Below are positions 19,051 through 28,306 of a stretch of 44,914 bases of DNA, piece by piece. Source of the stretch: a virus. Taxonomy: Duplodnaviria; Caudoviricetes. Every line of letters begins with the position of its first letter. Position 1 is the first letter of the stretch. Made by a program: the position numbers and the translations under genes. The notes below the pieces were generated by a model that was given only the letters and a program-made list of their open reading frames with translations, was not told the DNA's origin and made no database searches. Where the stretch lies: IMG/VR virus record IMGVR_UViG_3300037044_000223, positions 1-44,914 of that record. One strand, given 5' to 3'.

Positions 19051-19962
19051 TTATACATCTGTCCTGGTAACAATCCCCGCGTTCGCCAGTTGAACCAGCG
19101 CGGCAGCCTTTTGGGCATCCGAAGCGCCTGTCGGCCAGGTCAGATAATCAGCAACGATTTGCGCATCACGGACGATTGCAACAGCCTGTCTGTCTGGGTT
19201 ATAAGCCGATGGGTTGGCTCCAATTGTGCAGATATTGACCTGGGCTGTCGCATTCAGATTTTCCGACTGGAATGTTCCGACCTGATTATCCAGGATCAAA
19301 ACTCCGGCGGCGGTTCCGGCTGTCCATGTCCCGGAGGTAAGCGTCAATGACACCACCTGCGCTGTTGCGCCGCTGGTTTCGCCGGTCACGACCATTCCAG
19401 GTTGTAATTCAGCGGTGCCACCGGAGGTGTAGGCAACTTGTTTCTGGGTCGAATCATTTGTGTCAGCTCCGGCAGTCAGTATGCCGTAAGCATCCTCAGA
19501 CCCATCGATCCCGGTAAGGTTAAGCTCCCGGACTTTCCCGGAACCCGCCGGTACCGTAATGGTGAAAGTGTCACCGAGGGCAAAGTCCGTGGCGCCATCG
19601 GTCAGGGTGAAATTGATCGCCGGATTGGAATAAGCGCCCATCACGGCATCCGGTAATGCTTCGCCATCCGGGTCCCGGACCGAAAAAATCCCCCCATTGG
19701 CAGCCACTCCGACGCATCGCAGGGTATAAACGCCAACTTTGGTTTTGGCGCCGCCGGTCACTGAAACGCAGGTTCCGGTTCCGGTATTTGTCCCGGCAGT
19801 TCCGGTCGTGGGAACAGATCCGGTTTTAATCTTTCCGATAACAGACCCCATGACAAGGTCCTGTCCGGCCAATACAGTGACCTGCTCGCGGGAGTGATAG
19901 TTTTCCATTTCCCATTTAAGCAAATCGTTGAGGTAATTCCCTTCAATTAATACAGTCGGCAT
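19051..19962 (-). CDS. Head decoration protein (gpD-like) with internal insertions
   Basis: EG.YL.DLLKWE..NYHSRE.VTV N-terminus and LTWP.GA..AQK.AAL.QL...GIV.R C-terminus. Confidence 0.85.
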   Translation of the reverse strand: MPTVLIEGNYLNDLLKWEMENYHSREQVTVLAGQDLVMGSVIGKIKTGSVPTTGTAGTNTGTGTCVSVTGGAKTKVGVYTLRCVGVAANGGIFSVRDPDGEALPDAVMGAYSNPAINFTLTDGATDFALGDTFTITVPAGSGKVRELNLTGIDGSEDAYGILTAGADTNDSTQKQVAYTSGGTAELQPGMVVTGETSGATAQVVSLTLTSGTWTAGTAAGVLILDNQVGTFQSENLNATAQVNICTIGANPSAYNPDRQAVAIVRDAQIVADYLTWPTGASDAQKAAALVQLANAGIVTRTDV

Positions 19963-19992
19963 GTTCGTTCTCCTTATTGTTCTTTTAAATAA

Positions 19993-20094
19993 AGGGTGCA
20001 GGTATCAGGAGGCAGGGTGCAGGAAAAAGGTGCAGCCCGCTGTCTTATCAGTTACCTGCCCCCTGCCCCCTGCACCCTGTTACCTGTCCCCTGC
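19993..20094. repeat. Heptamer repeat palindrome overlapping the S49 3' end
   Basis: agggtgc/aggtatc/aggaggc arm and cctgccc/cctgcac/cctgtta arm. Confidence 0.7.
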
Positions 20095-21326
20095 TTTTCA
20101 GCCCTCTTTTTCGCATCTTCCAGAAGCGGGTTGGCTTCACCAGTGGAAAGTGGCCCAACCGTGGATATAATCGGTGCTTTTTCTGCAGCCTTGGCTTTGG
20201 CGTCCAGAATAGCGCTTTTCGCCTCATCGAGCGTCAGCCCGTCACGGATTATGGCGCCGGCCAGTTCAGGCATTCCGGCCAAGTCGCAAATTTCCACGAT
20301 CTCTCCGGCAGTCGATGTCGCACTGCCGGTGTCAGCGGTGTCAGGCGGATCGATCACCAGTGTCGGCTCTATCAAGCGCGCCTCGATCCCTTCGAGCATC
20401 TTTTTCACTTCAGACATGCTTTCCGCCAATGCCTGGTAAATGAAATCCTTTACTTCATTCAAATTCATAGCCATATCTCCTTTGCTTGAACTCATTTTTG
20501 TAACGATATCCCTTACCGACATAGTGCCATCCGCCAAACCGGCCTCTACAGCGGCAGCGCCCATATAAAAGCCAGCCTGTGTGGCAATCACCGCCGCCTG
20601 TGTCATGCTTCTGTTTCGCGCTACGACAGCAGTGAGCATGTCGTAAAGCTTATCGACGTGGGCTTGCAGCACGTCCCTGCCATCCGCTTTCAACGGCTCG
20701 TGCGGGTTGAAATCATTTTTATGATCACCGGCGAAAATGGGCGTGTACCGTACTCCCAGGTTCTTGTCGTAACCGCTTTGGTCCGTATGAATTGCGATGA
20801 CACCGATAGACCCGACTTGCGCGGTTCTGGAGAGATAGACTTCATCCGCCGCGGAAGCTATCGCGTAAGCAGCCGAAAAAGCGGCTTCATCAGCAATGGC
20901 AATGATGGGCTTGGCTCCCCTTGCATGGTAGATTTCATCTACCAAATCAAAAAGGCCCGCGACTTCGCCGCCTGGGGAATCTATAAGAAACAGCACACTG
21001 GTGGTGCGTTCATCAGCCATTGCCGCCCGGAAACTGTCGCGGATATCCAAATATGAGGTAGTCCACCAACTGTATGCGCGATAAGTCAGCCCGCCAGAAA
21101 TCTCGATTAGGGCAATGCCGTCAATGATTGCGTACCCTTCAGCCGCATAAACAACCTCATTTTCCGAGTTGTCGGCCAGTATCTGTAATCTCACAATGCT
21201 TTCGCGGGGCGTGTCCGAATCTACGGGCGCAATACCCGCCGTTTTTGCGGAAAGTATTTCATCAACAGATTGCGGTGCCACCATGAGCGACGTGTTAAAC
21301 AGTCTGGTCGGTATTTCCACTGGCAT
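20052..21326 (-). CDS. S49 family prohead protease / scaffold (gpC-like)
   Basis: IDSPGGEVAG, AFSAAYAIASAA and TAQVGSIGV motifs; ATG 21326 with RBS GGAGG. Confidence 0.92.
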   Translation of the reverse strand: MPVEIPTRLFNTSLMVAPQSVDEILSAKTAGIAPVDSDTPRESIVRLQILADNSENEVVYAAEGYAIIDGIALIEISGGLTYRAYSWWTTSYLDIRDSFRAAMADERTTSVLFLIDSPGGEVAGLFDLVDEIYHARGAKPIIAIADEAAFSAAYAIASAADEVYLSRTAQVGSIGVIAIHTDQSGYDKNLGVRYTPIFAGDHKNDFNPHEPLKADGRDVLQAHVDKLYDMLTAVVARNRSMTQAAVIATQAGFYMGAAAVEAGLADGTMSVRDIVTKMSSSKGDMAMNLNEVKDFIYQALAESMSEVKKMLEGIEARLIEPTLVIDPPDTADTGSATSTAGEIVEICDLAGMPELAGAIIRDGLTLDEAKSAILDAKAKAAEKAPIISTVGPLSTGEANPLLEDAKKRAEKQGTGNRVQGAGGR

Positions 21327-22782
21327 TTCCTCCTGTTGCTCCCATCGATTTCCGTGCGTCCGAATCAAACACAAGGCCGGCCGCATCCGCCCGCTCATTA
21401 TCCGCCATGATTTCATCCTCAAGCGCTTCAACGTCCAATCCCCGCTCAGCCACCTCTTGTGTCCGGGAAGAAAACCCGGAGCGGACAAGACCGGTGGACG
21501 CCTTCAAGTCCTTAAGGGGATCAACCCACGGCCAGCCGTCAATCGTCCATTTGATCCTCATGTACGATTTTGGGTCCTTTGCATATCCGGGCAAAAACAT
21601 GGCATTCGATAACGCAACCTGGGAAAGCCAGTACCTGGCGACCGGCCGGCATATCTGATATGCCATGACATTGAAAATGAACTGCTTGCATTGGCGTTGA
21701 AATTCGAGATTGCCGGCCCGGATAGAGGAATAATTGACTTCGGACAGATCCCCGGTGAACTTCTCATAGGTCAATCCTCCCAATCCTCTGGCGACCCTGC
21801 GTTCCTGATGCTTGACAAAACAATCGTAATTCCCGCCGACATCCGCCGGTTCCGAAAACGTGACGGAATGCCCAGGCGCAAGCGTGGTAAACGTGCCAGG
21901 CTGCATATTGTAAACGGGTGTGTCGGTTTCGTCCTTTTCCTTCTTTTCCCCAAACTGCGGCGGCATAAAGTCTTCTTCAGGAGGTTGGGTGACAAACCCT
22001 CCGAACATGGCCGCCGTTTTTTTGCGCGTCAATTCGGCATCGTTAAACTGATTCAGATCGTGCATGGTCAGGATCAGCGAGGTCAGCCAGGGCCGGCCCC
22101 GCTGCTGCCCGGGGCGAAGCGGCTGGAATGCATGAAGTATTTCAGTGGCTGATATCCGGACTCGGTCAAATTGATTCTGGATTGTCATAAACGACTCTCC
22201 GGGGTGTTCCCGGTACATCCAGTACGCCTTGCGTTGACCAGTCTTGTCAAACTCGATCCCCATGCGAATTTCGTTGCCGTTGGGGGCAATTGTGTTATAG
22301 GTTTCATCGAGGTGGTCCGATTCAAGGACCTGGAGTTGCAGCGGCACTGAAAGTCCGCTGCCCGGGCGTTTCGGGCAAAACCGGATAAACACTTCTCCGG
22401 ATTCAATGATTGACCGGGCAATGAGCGCCTGAAGTCCGTAAAAATCAAATAGCCCGTCAGCGTCCGCTTCCTGGGTCCAGTCCGACCAGAGTTGCTGCAA
22501 CGCTTTTTTGAGTTTGGAATTGGAAAGCTGCCACCGGGGGGAGATCCCCATTCCGACGATATTGGACACCAGGCAATCAAGGGCTCCGGATATCTGAGGA
22601 TCATTGCGCGACAGCTCGCGAGACCGGGCGCGAAGGTTCCCAAGCGAGGAAAAAAGCGTACTGTTCGGTCCGGCTGTTGATAATCCCCACCTGTACATTC
22701 TCCGGCCGGTTCCGGAACCCTCGTAGTCACTATAGGCCCGGATTTTTCGTCCTTGACTGTCCAGTATCTTCAGAAAGGTCAT
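21295..22782 (-). CDS. Lambda-family portal protein (gpB-like)
   Basis: LRARSREL.RND, LQVLESDHL, GDLS.VNYSSIRAG and WVDPLKD motifs. Confidence 0.95.
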   Translation of the reverse strand: MTFLKILDSQGRKIRAYSDYEGSGTGRRMYRWGLSTAGPNSTLFSSLGNLRARSRELSRNDPQISGALDCLVSNIVGMGISPRWQLSNSKLKKALQQLWSDWTQEADADGLFDFYGLQALIARSIIESGEVFIRFCPKRPGSGLSVPLQLQVLESDHLDETYNTIAPNGNEIRMGIEFDKTGQRKAYWMYREHPGESFMTIQNQFDRVRISATEILHAFQPLRPGQQRGRPWLTSLILTMHDLNQFNDAELTRKKTAAMFGGFVTQPPEEDFMPPQFGEKKEKDETDTPVYNMQPGTFTTLAPGHSVTFSEPADVGGNYDCFVKHQERRVARGLGGLTYEKFTGDLSEVNYSSIRAGNLEFQRQCKQFIFNVMAYQICRPVARYWLSQVALSNAMFLPGYAKDPKSYMRIKWTIDGWPWVDPLKDLKASTGLVRSGFSSRTQEVAERGLDVEALEDEIMADNERADAAGLVFDSDARKSMGATGGNASGNTDQTV

Positions 22783-23015
22783 TAGACCCCCTTGCTCGTT
22801 GAGATTCGGAAATACCGCGACCTGTTATTCAGTGCGTTTATCTTCGCGATGAGGCTGGACTTGTAATCCTGTAATTCTCCAAGCTTGGCTTGACCGTATT
22901 CAGCCGAACGCTCGCCGTTCGAAATGCGGATAACGCGCTCGCCGGCCATCAACTTCGCGATGGCTTCATCTACAGCCACCAGTAATGTGCTTAATTCAGT
23001 TAGTGTTTGTGCCAT
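22782..23015 (-). CDS. Head-to-tail joining protein W (gpW-like)
   Basis: 77 aa before portal; AIAKLMAGERV..IS.GERS.EY. Confidence 0.85.
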   Translation of the reverse strand: MAQTLTELSTLLVAVDEAIAKLMAGERVIRISNGERSAEYGQAKLGELQDYKSSLIAKINALNNRSRYFRISTSKGV

Positions 23016-23068
23016 GGCAATATTAATGCAGGTTTCTTGGAGGCACGCAAGTCAGGGACCCGTACACC

Positions 23069-23092
23069 ATTCGCAGTATTCGCAGTATTCGC
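23069..23092. promoter_or_regulatory. 9-bp direct repeats (ATTCGCAGT x2.7) upstream of gpW; putative regulator site
   Basis: attcgcagt-attcgcagt-attcgc about 55 bp upstream of the gpW ATG. Confidence 0.5.
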
Positions 23093-24216
23093 TTAAAATG
23101 CAGGGGAAAAATGGGGAAAGGGTTCCGGCAAGGGGGGCGTGCAGAAAGCTCCGCATAAATCACAATGGGTGGCATGGGAACGCTTCTCACAAGTGAAATG
23201 GGGGAGTGAAAAAGCGTGTTTAGAATGGTGAATAAGGGGTATCTGGGGGAGTGATGCAAGTGGAGCACCTGTATGAATTTGAATGAGTGGAAAGGACCCA
23301 TTTTTGATGTGAAAAGAGACCGAAATGACGAAAAAAGCAGAAAAAAAATTCATGAAAATGATTGAAAAATGAGTATGAAAGTAGATGGTGAAAGGTGATG
23401 ATGTTGACGAGGGCCGGAAATGAAGTATTGAATCTCGAAGTGAATAATGTGACAGAAAAGAACAGCGCTTGCCGGGAAGGAAGCAGGCGTCACGCCCCTT
23501 GCAAAAAAGCCGCAAGGGCCGCGCCGCTTGGTCATGTGTGTGCATACCCAATATCTGCGGGCGGATAAAAATCAGTTTGATGGTGACAGCCTGGACATGA
23601 GGGGCCTTGAATGTTCTTTGGTTGTGTCGCGCCTGGGAGGATGCAGGCTGGACGTGAGGAGCAGGCGTCACGCCCCTTGCAAAAAAGCCGCAAGGGTCGT
23701 GCCGCTTGTTCGTGGGTTCGCGTACCCGATATCTGCGGGCGGATAAAAATCAGTTTGATGGTGACAGCCTGGACATGAGGGGCCTTGAATGTTCTTTGGT
23801 TGGTGCGCGACGGGGGGGCTGGCTGAACGTGAGGAGCCGGCGTCACGCCCCTTGCAAAACAGCAAGGGTCGCGCCGCTGGGCCTTTGGTTGCCACTCCGT
23901 CATTTGCTCCAGGTGTCGCCTCCGGCTCCATCCTGAAAGGATAAAAGCATTTGATATTTGATGGTGCCGCTCGACGTGCAGTGCGGGCGTCACGCCCTTT
24001 GCAAAAAGGCAAAGGGCGCGCCGCTACCTCTATGGTAGTTGCGCCCCGAAACAGCAAAAGCAACAGCAACTGCAACAGCACCCGTGTGGTGGTGGTTTGT
24101 GTTGTTTCGTTTCGCCACTAGCGCCCCCGCGCACGTGCCGTGGTATTAGTAGTCTTAGTGGTACTGGTGCATTTGGTATTGGTGGTGGTATTGGCACTAT
24201 GTATTTTGATGACATT

Positions 24217-24311
24217 GGGCGTTCCGGCTTCGCCGTCGGGTGTCTTCCGGCTCCGCTTCGCTCCGGTCCCGCCAAAAAGCCGGCGGGACTTCCCTTCAGC
24301 CCCCCTAACGC
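24217..24311 (-). ncRNA. Flavo-1-like structured element, copy 1
   Basis: Minus strand GCGTTAGGG...GAAG...CCCGAC-hairpin-GGAACGCCC matches my recollection of the Flavo-1 motif architecture; not verified by search. Confidence 0.5.
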
Positions 24312-27300
24312 TCGCGGGCCGGTGCGGTTATCGGATTCGTGCCCGCGCTCCACATGGGGTGGTTTTAAGGGCGTGACAACGTTTCGCGTGGTGCTGTTTC
24401 GGCCGGTCACTCCCCAAAAGCGGTCGTGACCGGCCTCAATTCCATTTTCCTGAGAGCGCCACGGAAAAGCCCAGACGCCACGTGAGGTGCCGTTCAGGCG
24501 GACACTCCGCTGCGCTACGTGACCGCCTTCAAGTTCACGATCGGGGAACGCAACGGAAAAGCACGCATGCCATGTGTGGTGCTGGCCGGCGCTCCCCAAA
24601 AAGCCGGGGAGCGCCTAGGCGACGACCTTTTCAACCTGGACGAATAAACAAAAGCCGCAAGCGCCACGGCCTACGCGCTCCCTGCAAAAAAACGCAGGGA
24701 GCGCTCCGGCGGTGCAGTGCAGCCGGTCACTTCGCAAGGGCCTACGTGACCGGCTGCAAGGCCACGATCGGGGTATGCCACGGAGAAAAACAAAAGCCGC
24801 ATGCCATGTTTCGTGCAGACCGGCGCTCCCTGCAAGGGCCAGGGAGCGCCTAGTAGACGACCTTTTCAATCTGGACGGAAAAGCAATAAGGAGGCGCCGG
24901 ACACTCCGCTGCGCTACGTGACCGGCTTCGACATCATTTGATAAAAAGCCGCCATGCCACGTTCGGTGCTGACCGCCGCTCCCTGCAAAGGCCAGGGAGC
25001 GGCTAGGCGACGACCTTTTTAGCCGGGACGAAAAAAAGCCGCTGGGTCACTGACGGTAACGACCGGCGTGTCCGGACAAAAAGCTGCCCGGCCACACCTC
25101 GACCACTTTTGGCGAAGCACATTCATTCAAAGCGCCAGGAGTCGCACGGCTATGCAAAATTGAAATGGTTTTGCTGGGCCGCGCTCCGTCATTATTTGAT
25201 AAAAGCAACGGAACAAGGAAGTCGGGCGGCCACATCACAGTTGTATTGGCTGTTCAGCGGCCGCCCTCCATCTTTATCTGATAATGCCCACCCACCACCC
25301 ACAGCGGATGGCGCGGCAGCCGGGGCGGATGCTCCGCGCTGAAAATGCTGCCTCCGCACCCGCCCCGACAGCCGCTTGACTTATTTGATAAAAGCGGGAG
25401 CTGTCCGGACGTTGGGTGCATGTGGTCCGCTCCCTAAAAGCAAGGGAGCGGACCACAGACGACCTATTGAGGGAACGCAGCAAAAAAAGCAGGCTTGCTT
25501 CGCAAGATCAAGAAGGACGTGGAGTGCACGCCTACGCGCTCCCCAAAAGCAGGGAGCGCTCCGGAGACGACCTATTGAGGCGCTCAAACGAAAAGAAAAA
25601 CAGCAGACTACCCAGCCTGGTGCTGGCCGGCGCTCCCCAAAAAACCGAGGAGCGCCTAGTAGACGACCTTTTCAATCTGGGCGAGAAAACAAAAGCCACA
25701 AGCGCCACGGCCTACGCGCTCCCTGCAAAAAGCGCAGGGAGCGCTCCGGCGGTGCAGTGCAGCCGATCACTCAGCAAAAGCCTACGTGACCGGCTGCAAG
25801 GCCACGATCGGGGTATGCCACGGAAAAACAAATGTCGCATGCCATGTTTCGTGCAAACCGGCGCTCCCTGCAAGGGCCAGGGAGCGCCTAGTAGACGACC
25901 TTTTCAACCTGGGCGAGAAAACAAAAGCCGCAAGCACCACGGCCTACGCGCTCCCTGCAAAAAGCGCAGGGAGCGCTCCGGCTGTGCAGTGCAGCCGGTC
26001 ACTTCGCAAGAGCCTACGTGACCGGCTGCAAGTCCACTATCGGGGAATGCCACGGAAAAACAAAAGTCGCATGCCACGTTCAGCGTTGACCGCCGCTCCC
26101 TGCAAGGGCCAGGGAGCGGCTAGGCGGCGACCTTTTCAGCCTGGTCGAAAAAACAAAAGCACGCTGAGTCACTGACGGTGCCAACCGGCGCGGCCGGACA
26201 AAAATCTGCCCGGCCACACCTCGACATCTTTCGGCGAAACGCATTCATTCAAAGCGCCAGGAGTCGCACGGTCTAGGCAAAATTGGAATGGTTTTGCTGA
26301 GGCCGCGCTCCGTCATTATTTGATAATGCCCACCCACCACCCACAACGGATGACGCGGCAGCCGATGCGGACGCTCCGCGGCTGAAAAATGCCGCCTCCG
26401 CACCCGCCCCGACAGCCGCTGAATCAATTTGATAAAAGCGGGAGCATTCCGGACATGTGGCGCAGTGCAACCCGGTCACTCCGCAAGAGCCTACGTGACC
26501 GGGTTGCAAGTCCATGTGGGGAACAACACGGGTGCGGGTCAGTCCGTCCGGTGTTGGCCGCCGCTCCCTGTAAAAGCCAGGGAGCGGCTAGGCGACGTTC
26601 AGTGCAATGCGAAAAAAAAAAGCTGAATCCCGGGTGTCAGAGCGCAGGGCCGGTCACTCCCAACTGGTCGTGACCGGCCCTGAGTTCGCGTAAGGTTAAT
26701 AAAACAGCCGCACTTTGCCCGTTCCGTACAGCCGTACCGCACCTCAAACTGCCGGGGAGCGGTACGAAGACGCATTATCGGGGAACACCGAGTTTAAAAC
26801 ACGTACCAGTGCCACGGGCCTCCGCGCACCCCAAACTGCCGGGGAGCGCTCCGGCTGTGCAGTTCGGCCCTTCACAAAAAGCCGGGGAGCGACACGTAGG
26901 CGAACTATCGGAAAAACCTGGACGAAAAACAGCGGTGCAGACCGACGTTCGGTTCTGATAGCCGCTCCCCAAAGGGCCGGGGAGGGCTAGGCGACGACCT
27001 GTGTGACGCATTCATTCAAAACGCGGAAGGAAAGGGGTTAGGATGGCCACTGTTTGGACGTCCAGTGCTGCCGTAACGCACCCCAAAAAGCCGGGGAGCG
27101 TTACGGAGGCGACCTATTGGGGAGCGCTTCGACTGTGCAGAGTTCGGCCGGTCACTTCACAAGTGCCTTCGTGACCGGCCTCAAAACCACGTGGGGAGAA
27201 AAGGGGTCATCACACCCTGGACGTGAGGAGCCGGCGTACCGCACCCCAAACTGCCGGGGAGCGGTACGCAATCGACCTTTCGTCGCATGGAAAAAACGTG

Positions 27301-28194
27301 AAACGCCGTAGTCCGTGCTGACCGGCGCTCCCTGCAAAAGCCAGGGAGCGCCTATCTACGACCAGTGAGATGCCAACTAGAAAAACCGCAGGACAACGGG
27401 CCTGAGCGCTCCCCAAAAAAACCGGGGAGCGCTCAGGCTGTGCAGAAACCAACGACCGGTGTAGCGCCACGGGGAAAAGAGCGGTTTTGACGTGAGGTGC
27501 TCGCGGCACGGCCCTTGCAAAAAGGCAACGGCCGCGCCGCCGGGAAGTGATGCGCAAGGCCACGATCTGCAAGCGGATAAAAAGTCAGTCTGATCCCCCG
27601 CCTGTTAATATGGGTAGCATGTTCTTTTGTGAGCTGCTGCCCGGCCGCATAAGGCCCTGGGGCAAGTCGCTCCGTTCGGCACGGCTGATAAGAGCTCTTA
27701 TCAGCCGTGGCTTTTTGTCATGCAGGCTGCAAAAACAGCAGCCTGCCCGCCAAAAACCTGCCCTCACTCCGCTAGACATAACACGCATTATGTCTCCTTG
27801 CCCCAGGGACTTATGCGTCCTCTTGCCCACTCCGCACAATCTTTCTACCAGAACGACCGGCCGCCCCCAGGGGCTATCAGCGGAATTCTACCTTTAAAAG
27901 GATAAAAGCATTGATATTTGATGGTGGCGCCTGAACATGAGCGCACGCGGTGCGCCCCTTGCAAAAAACCGCAAAAGGCGCGCCGCTCGACGCGCTTTGT
28001 TTCGAGCCACGGAAAAGCAAATGCAAATGCCTGCTGCTGGTCGTTCAGGTTCATGTTGGCGTTTTCAGCCACTAGTGCCCCCGCTAGGGTACTGAGATTC
28101 TGGATATAAATATGGATCAGGTGGTTGATGTGGTATTGGTGGTGGGGTTATATGTTACGCAGCTATGTATTATGGTCATACAGCAAAATGAGAC

Positions 28195-28306
28195 GGGCGT
28201 TTCGGCAGGGCAAAAAGCGCACCCTGCCGTCGGGTGTCTTCCGGCTCCGCTTCGCTCCGGTCCCGCCAAAACAGCCGGCGGGACTTTCCTCCAGCCCCCC
28301 TAACGC
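28195..28306 (-). ncRNA. Flavo-1-like structured element, copy 2
   Basis: Near-identical to 24217-24311 with a longer variable stem (cggcaggg...ccctgccg). Confidence 0.5.

Noticed and set aside
4685-21488. Longest-ORF starts in the track (3404, 4743, 6280, 10014, 14439, 15051, 17558, 21488)
   Set aside because: They overlap upstream genes or repeats; downstream starts with RBS or coupling fit better
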